Shown: piece after piece, positions 30,515 to 40,468 of the stretch
Position numbering within the stretch: the stretch's first letter is position 1
Layout of the letters: each line of letters starts with the position of its first letter
Source of the DNA: a virus
Length of the DNA: 64,000 nucleotides
Strand: one strand, 5' to 3'
IMG/VR virus record: IMGVR_UViG_3300021171_000007
Span: 1-64,000 of that record
The notes under the pieces: generated by a model
What the model was told of the DNA's origin: nothing
Database searches by the model: none
The model's input: the letters and a program-made list of their open reading frames with translations, nothing else
Program-made: the position numbers and the translations under genes

Positions 30515-31999
30515 TCAAGCATCTGGCTTATACAAACTGAAATCAAAATCAGTATTGCCGCGTAAAACTGACCATTGACCATCTTCTGTTGACCATTGAA
30601 CCTTACCACCCAACTTACTTTCCAATGATCTTCTGACATCGGGACATAATGGAACTTCATATCCATTGCGTCTATTATCACGACTGTCTCTAATCTTGAT
30701 ATTCTCAACTACCATATCAGGTATCAAATCTGCTAATTGGCGACCAAATTTTCTTTCTGATAACTGGTGGCGCTTCCCAGCTGGAGAATGATTATAGTCA
30801 TTCAATAGCAGAGCTTTGATTACTTGCACTTTGCCATCCATCAATTCACCATAAGGCATTTCTTTGGAGTCTACAATACTATATAGCCATTCTTGGACTC
30901 CATTCATACTCTGTTGTTTCTGGAATATTAATTCTTCAGTAACAGGAGCTATTCTGAGATCAATATCATATTTATGATTGAGGAAATAATGCATGAGCGC
31001 GGCATTGCCGCCATTTTTAAACCAATTGTCAAGTTGGGCAAAGTATTTAGTATCACGTCTCTTATCTTCTGATGCATGAAGTGCGAATATGCGCCTAGCT
31101 TTGAATCCAGCGCTGACTAGCCATTCTGGATTACCAGTTATAAATAAATGAAGATGATTTGGAACTTCGTAAACTGGCACATATTTATCATTAATAGGTA
31201 ATGTGGGACCAGATATGATATCTTTTAATAATGATTCATCTTTCTTACTACCAGCCCAAACTGCCTCTTCCAAATGGAGTAATATACAGTTCTTCAATTG
31301 CCCGTTATGATCGCCAAATATGTATGCTGGATTTGATGTTTTAAATGTATATGGGCGCATCAATTCAGATAATTTCTCCACAAAGAATGATTTGCCTACA
31401 CCCTCATCTCCACGTATTACTACGGCTATGGCTGGTTTCAAATGAGGCTCTTGGAACATTTGGGAAATGAGTGCAATTAGATAATTGAAATTGTCTACAT
31501 TTCCACAACAAATGATATTATTCATTAAATCTAAGAATGGTATGACATCGCCCTCTTTTGATTCAATTCTATATCCTTTCCATAAATTATATTTATCATT
31601 TCTATTACCTAAATATGATGGATCGAAATCAAATCCGTATTTATAATGGCGACGTTCTGAACTGGCGAACCATACATCCGTAATTGGCACATATTTTGGA
31701 TCACCACCTTCGGTTGGCATTATCATAATACGTCTATCTGAATAACCAGCAACCAAATCTTTCTTATCCATTATTTCTAATGTGCCATCTGGATTCTCTC
31801 TGACTACTTTGAATCGCCCATTTAAATATATTGTAAAATGATCTTCATTTAATTCTAATATGGCATCTTTCTTTGGATCGCCAGTTCTGGTATATTCTCG
31901 TCTGGGCGCACCATGTTGATTTTGTTGATATCTTGGATCCTCAGTAAGTTTCTTAATACGTTCCAAATCTGGATATAGGTCGTCATCATCGTCAGCCAT
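30515..31999 (-). CDS. Primase-associated superfamily-3-type helicase (DUF5906-like)
   Basis: Walker A GDEGVGKS, LHLEEA, LFITGN, ARRIF; YNLWKGY. Confidence 0.8.
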   Translation of the reverse strand: MADDDDDLYPDLERIKKLTEDPRYQQNQHGAPRREYTRTGDPKKDAILELNEDHFTIYLNGRFKVVRENPDGTLEIMDKKDLVAGYSDRRIMIMPTEGGDPKYVPITDVWFASSERRHYKYGFDFDPSYLGNRNDKYNLWKGYRIESKEGDVIPFLDLMNNIICCGNVDNFNYLIALISQMFQEPHLKPAIAVVIRGDEGVGKSFFVEKLSELMRPYTFKTSNPAYIFGDHNGQLKNCILLHLEEAVWAGSKKDESLLKDIISGPTLPINDKYVPVYEVPNHLHLFITGNPEWLVSAGFKARRIFALHASEDKRRDTKYFAQLDNWFKNGGNAALMHYFLNHKYDIDLRIAPVTEELIFQKQQSMNGVQEWLYSIVDSKEMPYGELMDGKVQVIKALLLNDYNHSPAGKRHQLSERKFGRQLADLIPDMVVENIKIRDSRDNRRNGYEVPLCPDVRRSLESKLGGKVQWSTEDGQWSVLRGNTDFDFSLYKPDA

Positions 32000-32233
32000 A
32001 GTGCGCCCGTCCCAAATGTTATATTATGGAAGTAACGATTTGAATTCTACTTCAAAATCCTCCTGTGATATTTTACTGTTAGTTCTATGTATGAAATATT
32101 CATACATAACATCCTTATCTATGACAATACTTCCGTCATCATTTTTCTTTTGAAATGGTAATTCACCTTCATTTAGGACATCGAACCAAAACTGTTCTAC
32201 TTCTGATAAATGACGCATTGCTACCTCCCATTA

Positions 32234-32422
32234 TCATGCCGCGAATAGATCACGCTTTTTGGGCTTCTCAGCCTCTATTTTGGCTTTCTTATTCTTCCAA
32301 TAGTGGCGCCCACGACACAGATCTGAGCAGAACTTCTGCATGGGTTGAACTTTAGCGAATTCTTTTTCGCACTCAACGCATTTAACGATGAGTTTACTTA
32401 GGTCGATTTCTGGCATCATCAT
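32234..32422 (-). CDS. Small zinc-finger protein ending KKRDLFAA
   Basis: CxxC..FCSxxC. Confidence 0.55.
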   Translation of the reverse strand: MMMPEIDLSKLIVKCVECEKEFAKVQPMQKFCSDLCRGRHYWKNKKAKIEAEKPKKRDLFAA

Positions 32423-32445
32423 CTCCTGCTACCGAACGAACGATA

Positions 32446-32533
32446 AGAATAGCACGCAAACGCGCGTTTGTAAAGCAAAATCATTCTACTGATCAATTTT
32501 GTACTTTACACGGCGCTCGATTTGTGCTACACT
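32446..32533. promoter_or_regulatory. Divergent pair of sigma70-type promoters
   Basis: Minus strand TTTACA-17-TATTCT (32474..32446); plus strand TTTACA-17-TACACT (32505..32533); both have an extended TGc. Confidence 0.65.
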
Positions 32534-32824
32534 TGATCATGCCTGAAGATTCACCTGAAACTGCCAGACAGCGCGCCACAAGGATCTGGCGGAATGCTTG
32601 GATTCAAGGACAATCAGAACTTCAAAATCAGGAACAACCTATAGCCACAATCCAAGAACAGGAACGCTTACTCAATCAGGAACGGACTAAATTGATAGCT
32701 GCTGTTAATAAAATATTTGAAGAACAAAAGCATACATTCAATTTGGCATATTATAAGTTGGTAATCAGTAGACGGAGACGTAGGTTACTGGAAGAAAAAC
32801 TGAGGCGGTTGGAGTCACAGCAAC

Positions 32825-33469
32825 ATGACTGATCCAGTACACAATATCGACCCTGGCCCCACTGTTATGTGGGAAGAGGATTATGAGCGCCTCAAAAAGC
32901 AACAGCGATTGGATGCTGAGATTGAGCGCGTCAGGAAGGCCAAGGAAGATGAGATCAATCGTGAGCGCTTCAAAGAGAATCAAAAGATCAAAGATAAAAT
33001 TGAATACACAGAAGAATTGGCAACAGAGATTTGTGAGAGGATCAGTGCTGGTGAGCTATTGATCAACGTGTGCAAAGATAGTCATATGCCAACTGTGCGC
33101 CGCTGTTCAGCATGGCTGAAGTCAGAAGCTGACTTCCAAGCACTGTATAATATGGCCATTGCAGACCGATTGACTATATTTGAGGAAGAAGTGATCTCAA
33201 TTGCTGATGATGCAACAAGAGATATGAGGGAAATTATTAAGAGTGGTAAAACCATTAAAGTCCAAGATGCTGAAGTCATTGCGCGAGCCAAACTCAGAGT
33301 TGAGGTGCGCTTCAGGCATTTGAAGGCTGGACGTCCTGGTAAATGGGGTGACAGCACTACTCTCATCACTAAATCAGAAGATGAAAATATTGCTGAGATG
33401 CCATTGTCTGAGCTGGAAAAGAAGATCGCTGAGTTGGAACATAAAGATCGGGTGGTGAAAGCAGTTTGA
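32825..33469 (+). CDS. Terminase small subunit-like protein (Sf6 gp1-type HTH)
   Basis: YTEELATEICERISAGELLINVCK..MPTVRRCSAWL; EEVISIADD; ARAKLRVEVR..PGKWGD. Confidence 0.7.
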   Translation: MTDPVHNIDPGPTVMWEEDYERLKKQQRLDAEIERVRKAKEDEINRERFKENQKIKDKIEYTEELATEICERISAGELLINVCKDSHMPTVRRCSAWLKSEADFQALYNMAIADRLTIFEEEVISIADDATRDMREIIKSGKTIKVQDAEVIARAKLRVEVRFRHLKAGRPGKWGDSTTLITKSEDENIAEMPLSELEKKIAELEHKDRVVKAV

Positions 33470-33587
33470 TTCATCATTCGTTACGCAGTTACGCAGTTAC
33501 GTAGCCTATCCCGCTCGTTTATTTCTGACACAATAGGATCAATCATTGGCTGATTGATCCATGTCATAGTCATCATTATTATGTGAC

Positions 33588-33616
33588 TTGCATCATCAAT
33601 AGAACTGTGCTATAAT
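33588..33616 (+). promoter_or_regulatory. Sigma70-type promoter
   Basis: TTGCAT-17-TATAAT with an extended TGc. Confidence 0.7.
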
Positions 33617-33730
33617 AGGCTCTAGGCGGTTAGATCCACTGCCTAGGGCTATTTGACATTGTGAATACTGGACACTGTGACATGTAACTCTGTTCCGTGT
33701 AGATTAGCCATCTCACAGAGGAGAATAATC

Positions 33731-34762
33731 ATGTCATTGCTAATGTCACTAATACAAAACGGCTCAAATCAAGAAGATCCCAGGACAAATCTTCTTGAGT
33801 ACACTGCTGGTACCATCGCTAAGCATATTGATGCGCCAGCGCACTACCTGGTTGGATTAGCTCTATGGGCGCTACATACCCATGTGTATTCCACCTATAG
33901 CAAGACTCCAAGATTAGCTATCTTGAGCCCAGTTCCTAACTGTGGCAAGAGTACAGTTTTGGAGATACTAGCTGCAATGGCTTGGAATCCTAAACGAGTA
34001 ATAGACCCAACTGAAGCCGCTCTATTTCGTTTGGCAAGCAATCATACAATGCTGCTAGATGAAGTAGATAACATGTCAATATCAAGAGGCATGAAGTCTG
34101 TCTTAAATGAAGGAGACAGATTGGGTGGTAGTGTTATAAGAACTGGAAAGGACGGTGAAGTTATATCCTATCCAGTTTTTGCTCCTCTTGCACTTGCTGG
34201 TATTGGTAGGTTGCCAGCAACTCTTATGACTCGGTCAATAGTTATAAGACTCCATCGCTCAGATAAAGCAATGGATAGATTCTCAGCAAGAGAGCAGCAC
34301 TTTGCACCACATTTCTATAATTGGGGTGATCAGGTAGTTCTTAATTCTGATCCACAAATGCCGCCTCAGTTAGTAGGTCGTGACGCAGATAAATGGAGAT
34401 CGCTCGTAGCTATTGGAGACTCGTTTGGTCGAGGCGAGATAGCGAGAGAGGTGGCGCTCAAGTTCGTAACTGAGAGCGTTAATCCAGATGTCAAGGAGCT
34501 AATACTGCGTGATACACAGAGAGTGTTCAATAGAGCTAAAGTCACTAAGATCTCTGTGAAGAGAATGTACGAGAAGCTTATTGAGGACAAAGAAGGTGAA
34601 CACGAAGTAGATTATGACGGCCAAAAAATAACAAAAAGAAAAGTTGGAGACACATTACGTGATTTCCAAATATACAGTCGTATCGAAAGGCCAGAAAAAG
34701 GCGAGCCAGTTAGGTATTGGCTCAGAGACGATTTTGAAGAAATGTGGAAAAGGTATGCCTAG
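33731..34762 (+). CDS. DUF3631-type P-loop NTPase (replication-associated)
   Basis: LALWALHTHVY..PRLAILSPVPNCGKST, MLLDEVD, FAPLALAGIG, RDADKWRSL. Confidence 0.7.
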   Translation: MSLLMSLIQNGSNQEDPRTNLLEYTAGTIAKHIDAPAHYLVGLALWALHTHVYSTYSKTPRLAILSPVPNCGKSTVLEILAAMAWNPKRVIDPTEAALFRLASNHTMLLDEVDNMSISRGMKSVLNEGDRLGGSVIRTGKDGEVISYPVFAPLALAGIGRLPATLMTRSIVIRLHRSDKAMDRFSAREQHFAPHFYNWGDQVVLNSDPQMPPQLVGRDADKWRSLVAIGDSFGRGEIAREVALKFVTESVNPDVKELILRDTQRVFNRAKVTKISVKRMYEKLIEDKEGEHEVDYDGQKITKRKVGDTLRDFQIYSRIERPEKGEPVRYWLRDDFEEMWKRYA

Positions 34763-34977
34763 CACTACGTAACTACGTTACAGCGTTACAGTGAGTCCCA
34801 ATAAAGATGGGTGCGCCTCATTTTATCGAGTTATTTCAGCTTATGACAATCAATCGCCAATCAGTGAATGAATAATGGCTGAATTATGTAGTGAATTCAA
34901 TATTTGAAGTTTCATGGGTCAGTGATTATCATGGTATTTTCTCTGTATGTTCCCTTTTTACCCCCTATTTGTTCCCC

Positions 34978-35006
34978 TTGCTTTCCTTCCGCGAACGTGC
35001 TACGGT
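34978..35006 (+). promoter_or_regulatory. Sigma70-type promoter driving the early small-gene region
   Basis: TTGCTT-17-TACGGT with an extended TGc. Confidence 0.55.
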
Positions 35007-36207
35007 TCTTCTCCCGCAGAGGAAACTGCGGCGCAGCCTGAGACTTGGCGAAGAGCGAAATAAACCCGGCAAAATGACTCGCCGAGCGGTTAAGTAAGTG
35101 GTTAGGCAGTCTCTCCTCAAAGGGCAAAAAGCACCAGGGAGAAAAACCTGCCATTTGCGTCGTTTCGGCGGACGGAAATATCCGCCTGAAATAACAACAC
35201 AGAGCACAGCGTTCTGAGAAGGATGCTGTGCTCGCTGGTGTTATTTCTAGCAAGGAAAAGTATGATGTCTAGTAAAAAACGCGCATTGATAAGGCATATG
35301 AAAGCAAATCCCGTAGATAGTGTGAGATCTGCACATAAAAATATGAATATCACTCCTTTGCGTTTAACCTACAGGATTGATCCAAATAAAGAATTGAAAG
35401 AACGAGATGTAAAGCCTATGACGGAATTAGCAATTGATCAAAATTACGACATTTTGAAGAGAAAAGAGACATTTCTTGTAAGAACTGGTAAGAGAGTTAT
35501 AAAATATGTGAAGAATAATCCGCCTGGAAAGCGGTATTATCCTCGATCTGAGTCAAAAATAGCAAGAGGTGATACATTAAACGGAAAGACTTTGAGTTAC
35601 ACTACGCTTTCTGATTACAATAGTAAGCGTAAAAATGAGGAGTAAGCGTTATGACAGAGCGTAAACTTGTTGACAGGAGTATTTTCAGAAAACAACCAAA
35701 AATGCCACCACTACAGCGATTGTTTGTCAGCGTAGCAACTGGACATGCCAATCGCAGCAAAAGACAAAAAGTCTCAGTTGCACCTATGCAATTCACCAAA
35801 CAGGAGAAGCAAAAATGAAAGTGTTCAATAAAGAAATGCATGACAATCTATTAGCTCTGGGATATGAGCATACTCGATATGTCTCCAAAAAATATCGAAC
35901 CAGATTCGATATGTATGATCACCCAGATAACGACGACTGGTTTGAGATAGACGAGAAAGGACATATTGATCCAGCTGATCTTTGCGGCTTTACGGAAGGA
36001 TCTACCAGAGGGCACCAAATATATGAGGATTGGAAAGCAGCAGGGAAACAAGGTTTTCTGAACTTCAAAAATAAACCATTACCGACAGAATTGGTAATAC
36101 ACAGAATAGGGTGTGATATTAAGGATAGATTAGTCAAAAAGAACATGCCATTCGAGTTAGAACTCACGGAAGAAAAATTTCAACTGAAAAGGCTTACTGA
36201 GCATTAA

Positions 36208-36270
36208 GACCGAAACTGGGGCGCCACAAAAGCTCTCCAGTCCTAGCGTAAGGCGCTAGCTGACGAGGTC
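36208..36270 (+). ncRNA. Type II hammerhead ribozyme 1 (predicted cut after C36242)
   Basis: GACC-GAAA-CTGG..CCAG-TC-CTAGCG-taagg-CGCTAG-CTGACGA-GGTC; complete catalytic core. Confidence 0.92.
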
Positions 36271-36289
36271 AGTAACAGGAGTTGTACTA

Positions 36290-36706
36290 ATGAAACTAGA
36301 TCTTAATATTCACATAAACTCTTGGTTGCATCGTAATGACGATGTAATCGACCCTATTCTCATTCAATTGAAGGGGAATAGCGAACGGATGATTGTAGAT
36401 ACTTCTGAGTATATTTTTATCAGTTTCGAGTATCCTCTTTCACAAGGACTCGATCTGCCGTTTAATGGCAAGAAGCCTTGGAGATTGTGCGATCTTATTG
36501 ATGCGATCTGCCAGGGATATGTGAAGATTTACGACGAGGAAGATGAGACCAGAACGCTTCCTGCTCAGTCCCCATTAGATTCTGTTCTGGTTAATCGTCC
36601 TAAGACTGACGGCAAGCATGGCATTTGGGGACACGATCTCAATGACCTTTATATTGAAGGCGTACATAAAGAAGAAGGAATTTGGCATCTCGATATTGGA
36701 TCATAA
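36290..36706 (+). CDS. Hypothetical protein (first gene after hammerhead 1)
   Basis: AGGAG SD directly after the ribozyme. Confidence 0.6.
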   Translation: MKLDLNIHINSWLHRNDDVIDPILIQLKGNSERMIVDTSEYIFISFEYPLSQGLDLPFNGKKPWRLCDLIDAICQGYVKIYDEEDETRTLPAQSPLDSVLVNRPKTDGKHGIWGHDLNDLYIEGVHKEEGIWHLDIGS

Positions 36707-36936
36707 TGGGAGGGAGCAATGGGATATAGAATGAGGCGTTGTGACAAATGTAAGGATTTGATAAACGGAAATGATGTTGCATTCAATATACATTTTAAAT
36801 GGTGCGGACATAATACTGGACTAAACTATATGAGTGAGAAAGATCTTAAAGTGCTGGAAGCTAAATTGGCGCAACCAAGGAAAGATTCACCAGAAGCGGC
36901 TTGGAATAAAATGCACAATTGGTCAGGAAAACAGTA

Positions 36937-36997
36937 GACCGAAACTGGAGTGCCACAAGCTCTCCAGTCGCAGCGTTCCTCGCTGCCTGACGAGGTC
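36937..36997 (+). ncRNA. Type II hammerhead ribozyme 2 (cut after C36969)
   Basis: GACC-GAAA-CTGGAG..CTCCAG-TC-GCAGCG-ttcct-CGCTGC-CTGACGA-GGTC. Confidence 0.92.
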
Positions 36998-37009
36998 AGT
37001 AATAGGAGA

Positions 37010-37240
37010 ATGAAAATGGCACGAGTAATTGTTCAAATTAAAACTGTCACATATTTAAATGGAGCTACTACTGAAATCGAAGATGAGTTACTTCGTGAAT
37101 TTACAGTAGTAACAAAAGGTCGTGGTGCAGTGAACATGCATTCAATGGCATCAATTATACAAGGTACGATCGAATCTGCTGAGGAAAGATTTAGGGTTGA
37201 AAAGACCAAAACATATTCAACAAATCGTAATATTGGTTAA
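37010..37240 (+). CDS. Hypothetical protein between hammerheads 2 and 3
   Basis: AGGAG at 37004; ATG at 37010 or 37016. Confidence 0.55.
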   Translation: MKMARVIVQIKTVTYLNGATTEIEDELLREFTVVTKGRGAVNMHSMASIIQGTIESAEERFRVEKTKTYSTNRNIG

Positions 37241-37243
37241 TTA

Positions 37244-37302
37244 GACCGAAACTGGCAGGTGCGATCTGCCAGTCGCAGCGTTTCTCGCTGCCTGACGAGG
37301 TC
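37244..37302 (+). ncRNA. Type II hammerhead ribozyme 3 (cut after C37274)
   Basis: GACC-GAAA-CTGGCAG-gtgcgat-CTGCCAG-TC-GCAGCG-tttct-CGCTGC-CTGACGA-GGTC. Confidence 0.93.
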
Positions 37303-37321
37303 AGTAACCAGGAGAACTAAA

Positions 37322-37603
37322 ATGAAACTTCCTCCAATAGAAGATGTTAAACTTACTGTCATAGGGCCGGATGATCCGCTTCCAGCGGGCTTCGAGCCCA
37401 TCACCATTGTCGTCAAGGACGTATCATGTCCAAAATGCGGTGCTGGAGAGATGCACCCGGATGGCAAGCATGTCCTAATTCGTGGATTCAAAGTCTGCGA
37501 TGCAAAAGGACATTGGTGGAGTCAATGTCTTGTCTGTGCCGGTGGGTACGACGCAGATTTGAACCCCGTTAAGGAGTTTGATCGCAACAAGGGATGGTTC
37601 TAA
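37322..37603 (+). CDS. Zinc-ribbon hypothetical protein
   Basis: CPKC...CLVC; SD after hammerhead 3. Confidence 0.55.
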   Translation: MKLPPIEDVKLTVIGPDDPLPAGFEPITIVVKDVSCPKCGAGEMHPDGKHVLIRGFKVCDAKGHWWSQCLVCAGGYDADLNPVKEFDRNKGWF

Positions 37604-38369
37604 TGCCAACCATAACAGTTGAACTCGAAGTAGCAATGGCTCAAGAGCTTGCCTCAGTAGCGCGTGGCAAAGCTAAGGGCATCGACTGGGTTCTGGAGAA
37701 TAAACCTCCAGTTCCCAAGAAGGCGTTGGAGCTTGACGAGCGAGCCAAAATTCTCGTTCAAGCTGCCACACTAATCGAGACTGCTCTTCACCAAAGAGCA
37801 CTCGGCAACGTCGTAAAGATGGGAGATAAAAATGTCCGATAAGGACCCATGGATCGTCTGCCCCGTGTGTGATGGGGAAGGCAAGACAGTCAATCCTAAT
37901 ATTGATGCGAACGGATTGACTCGCGAAGACTTCGATGAAGACCCAGACTTCAGAGAAGATTATATGAGCGGCATGTATGATATTACGTGCGCCGCTTGTT
38001 CTGGGAAGCGCGTTGTGAAACAAGCACGCATCACGGAATTAGAGCAGAATGCTGAAGATCGTCGGCTTGCTGCTCGTGAAAACGGCGACTATGAATCATA
38101 CAGTGTCGCAGGCGATTGGAGATACGGATGAAACTGGATAAACAACGCGAAAACCGAGCCAAGTACCCTTTCATTTGTGCTTGGGGCGCTAGACTTGGTT
38201 CTTTTCAATATTACATCGACGGTGAAGTTGCAAGAGCCATCGAAGATGGCGCTCCTGACCGTGCCATTTATAAGAGTGGCGACGGCAAGTGGCGCACCAT
38301 CGATGACTGCCAAAACGAAATGGCCAAAGAAGAATGTATAGCTTGGGTGGCCAAAAACTTTAAGAAATA

Positions 38370-38428
38370 GACCGAAACTGGTAGGTGCGATCTACCAGTC
38401 ACAGCGTAAGGCGCTGTCTGACGAGGTC
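38370..38428 (+). ncRNA. Type II hammerhead ribozyme 4 (cut after C38400)
   Basis: GACC-GAAA-CTGGTAG-gtgcgat-CTACCAG-TC-ACAGCG-taagg-CGCTGT-CTGACGA-GGTC. Confidence 0.93.
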
Positions 38429-38446
38429 AGTAATAGGAGTTGTATA

Positions 38447-38941
38447 ATGAAACAGGTTTCTGATTACTACAAGAAGTTCCTTCATAACGACGGAATTTCC
38501 AAAGAAATGTATAATGAAAACATCGAGCTTATTTACGATGTTGACGCAGAAATGTGGTATGCTTTTAATTACATATCACCAACGCATTACTACGAAGAAT
38601 TTGAAGATCTCATCGACGCGCTCGATTCAAATTCTGTTCTTTGGTGGCACGACTTGTCCGGCGACAATGATAAAGTTACGGACAGGAAGCAGATATTGGT
38701 AATTAAATTCCTCGATGACGAGGAAGACGAATGGACCATGTTCTACCATCACGGTATAATGGACGGCAAAGATGTAACAACATCTTGGGCTGCTCCATCT
38801 TCAGGAGAATTTCCTACTCCTGAATGCATTGTACGTCAGAAAGTATCTGTGGTGCAATGTGCTGTTGATGCCGCACAATTTATTTTTGATCAACCACATA
38901 TAAATAAGCCACGTAATCCATCACTTCGTTACGTCAAATAG
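38447..38941 (+). CDS. Acidic hypothetical protein between hammerheads 4 and 5
   Basis: SD after ribozyme 4; stop codon overlaps ribozyme 5. Confidence 0.6.
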   Translation: MKQVSDYYKKFLHNDGISKEMYNENIELIYDVDAEMWYAFNYISPTHYYEEFEDLIDALDSNSVLWWHDLSGDNDKVTDRKQILVIKFLDDEEDEWTMFYHHGIMDGKDVTTSWAAPSSGEFPTPECIVRQKVSVVQCAVDAAQFIFDQPHINKPRNPSLRYVK

Positions 38942-39007
38942 ATCGAAACTATGGGGCGCCACAGGAGCGTTCCATAGTCGCAGCGTAACTCGCTGCCTGA
39001 CGAGATC
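38941..39007 (+). ncRNA. Type II hammerhead ribozyme 5 (cut after C38979)
   Basis: GATC-GAAA-CTATGG..CCATAG-TC-GCAGCG-taact-CGCTGC-CTGACGA-GATC; compensatory change in stem II. Confidence 0.92.
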
Positions 39008-39258
39008 AGAAAAGGAGTAGGTAGCATGACGAAAGTAGATCCAAAATCTGCCTTTGAAGGGGACACCATTACTCCCGTTGAGAAGCCTAAGTCAAGGGCG
39101 CAGAAGGTTGCTGAGTACAGAGTAGCTCATCGAGCAGAGTACGAGCGAACTTGCCATGATGCACAATGCACTTGCACGCCAACTCGCGCGCAGATGTTGA
39201 TTATGGATAACTACCAAAGCCCACCAATCGACTAATTATAAACCTTACCATTGAACTT

Positions 39259-39285
39259 TGGAGCGCAGCAATGCGCTCCACTTTT
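39259..39285 (+). terminator. Terminator-like hairpin
   Basis: TGGAGCGCA-gcaa-TGCGCTCCA-CTTTT. Confidence 0.6.
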
Positions 39286-39948
39286 AGGCAATTTTGCCAC
39301 TACCAGGATAAGTAAAATGTCAAGAATAAAATCAGCTTTACGAGGTGTTGTCATAGTACCGGCTTGGGTCGTTATGCTGGCAACAGCCAGTTTTATCGTC
39401 GGAACTGGTATCTGGACTACACTGCTGATGAGCCGCTGTTCGATCTAACCAACCTAAACCAGGAGAATAAAAATGACACCTCAAGAGAGCAGGAAGAATT
39501 GGCTCGATAAGCAGCCAGTGCGCGAGAATCTTACTACTGAGCACGGATGGCCGATGCGAAATGATCATATTCTGCATCTGTTCGGTTTGCCATCAAATCA
39601 TCCTATTCCGCCGGATTATGAAGATATCAAACTAATCGGTAATGTTTGGGTTCGGATTTATCCACGCGGACAGGCGCACATTGGTAGACGTGTTGTGGCA
39701 GAATGTCCAAAATGTGAAAGATTGGTTTGTGCTGGCCATTTAATGCAACATATGAAGGTACATAATGATCGAGGAGCAAGCAAAATTTGAGAGATGGAAG
39801 TCCAGAGTAGACGTTTACCTGGAGCAGATGGTAAAGAAACTAAGTGGAGATTTTAAATATGATTATCTCCACGACTTCCAAAATAAGGTTCCACCCAGCA
39901 TAACAGCTACTCGCGTTGTAAAACGCCAGTACAGAAATGGAGTAGAAA

Positions 39949-40197
39949 ATGGTAGCAACAGCATACGGAGTCAAGGCAAATGGCAAAAAACTCCTCGATG
40001 AATATCGAGGAGACCGCATATATGGAGATTGTTTCATCATTCTTAAGGATGGAAAGGAAACATATGAGGTTGTTCTTTCCACTATCGGTGATATGTGCAA
40101 TTGCAAAGCTGGCGAACATGGTCATCAATGCAAACATGTTAAGATGGCACTAGAATATCATCACAAAATTAACGAAGCGATTGAGGCAGTCAAATAG
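39949..40197 (+). CDS. SWIM zinc-finger protein
   Basis: YEVV..CNC..CKH. Confidence 0.6.
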   Translation: MVATAYGVKANGKKLLDEYRGDRIYGDCFIILKDGKETYEVVLSTIGDMCNCKAGEHGHQCKHVKMALEYHHKINEAIEAVK

Positions 40198-40260
40198 ACC
40201 GAAACTTGGGGCGCCACAAGGCGTTCCAAGTCGTGCTGTAAGGCAGCACCTGACGAGGTC
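40197..40260 (+). ncRNA. Type II hammerhead ribozyme 6 (cut after C40232)
   Basis: GACC-GAAA-CTTGG..CCAAG-TC-GTGCTG-taagg-CAGCAC-CTGACGA-GGTC. Confidence 0.92.
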
Positions 40261-40435
40261 AGAAATGCCAAGGAGGTAGCACGTATGGGTGACCCAGAAG
40301 AGCATAAAGACGAAGAGTTGAGCCTTGAGAAAGAGACTCAAAAAGAGCCCAAAGAAGAGGCAAAAGAGCCAGTAAAAGAAGGTGATCCTCAACCAGAGGA
40401 AGATCCCAAAGTAGCGTAAATATAACGTCAACTTT

Positions 40436-40468
40436 CCGCTCCCATTTGGGAGGGTGGGAGCGGTTTTT
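40436..40468 (+). terminator. Intrinsic terminator
   Basis: CCGCTCCCA..TGGGAGCGG-TTTTT. Confidence 0.6.

Noticed and set aside
36950-37321. N-terminal extensions of ORFs 36950 and 37259 in the ORF track
   Set aside because: They run through the ribozymes; the likely starts follow the AGGAG SDs at 37010/37016 and 37322
36208-40260. The dispersed ~60-bp repeats read as a CRISPR array, attC sites or terminators
   Set aside because: Intervals are 250-1200 bp and contain whole genes; no cas or integrase gene; no U-tract; the invariant residues are exactly the hammerhead core
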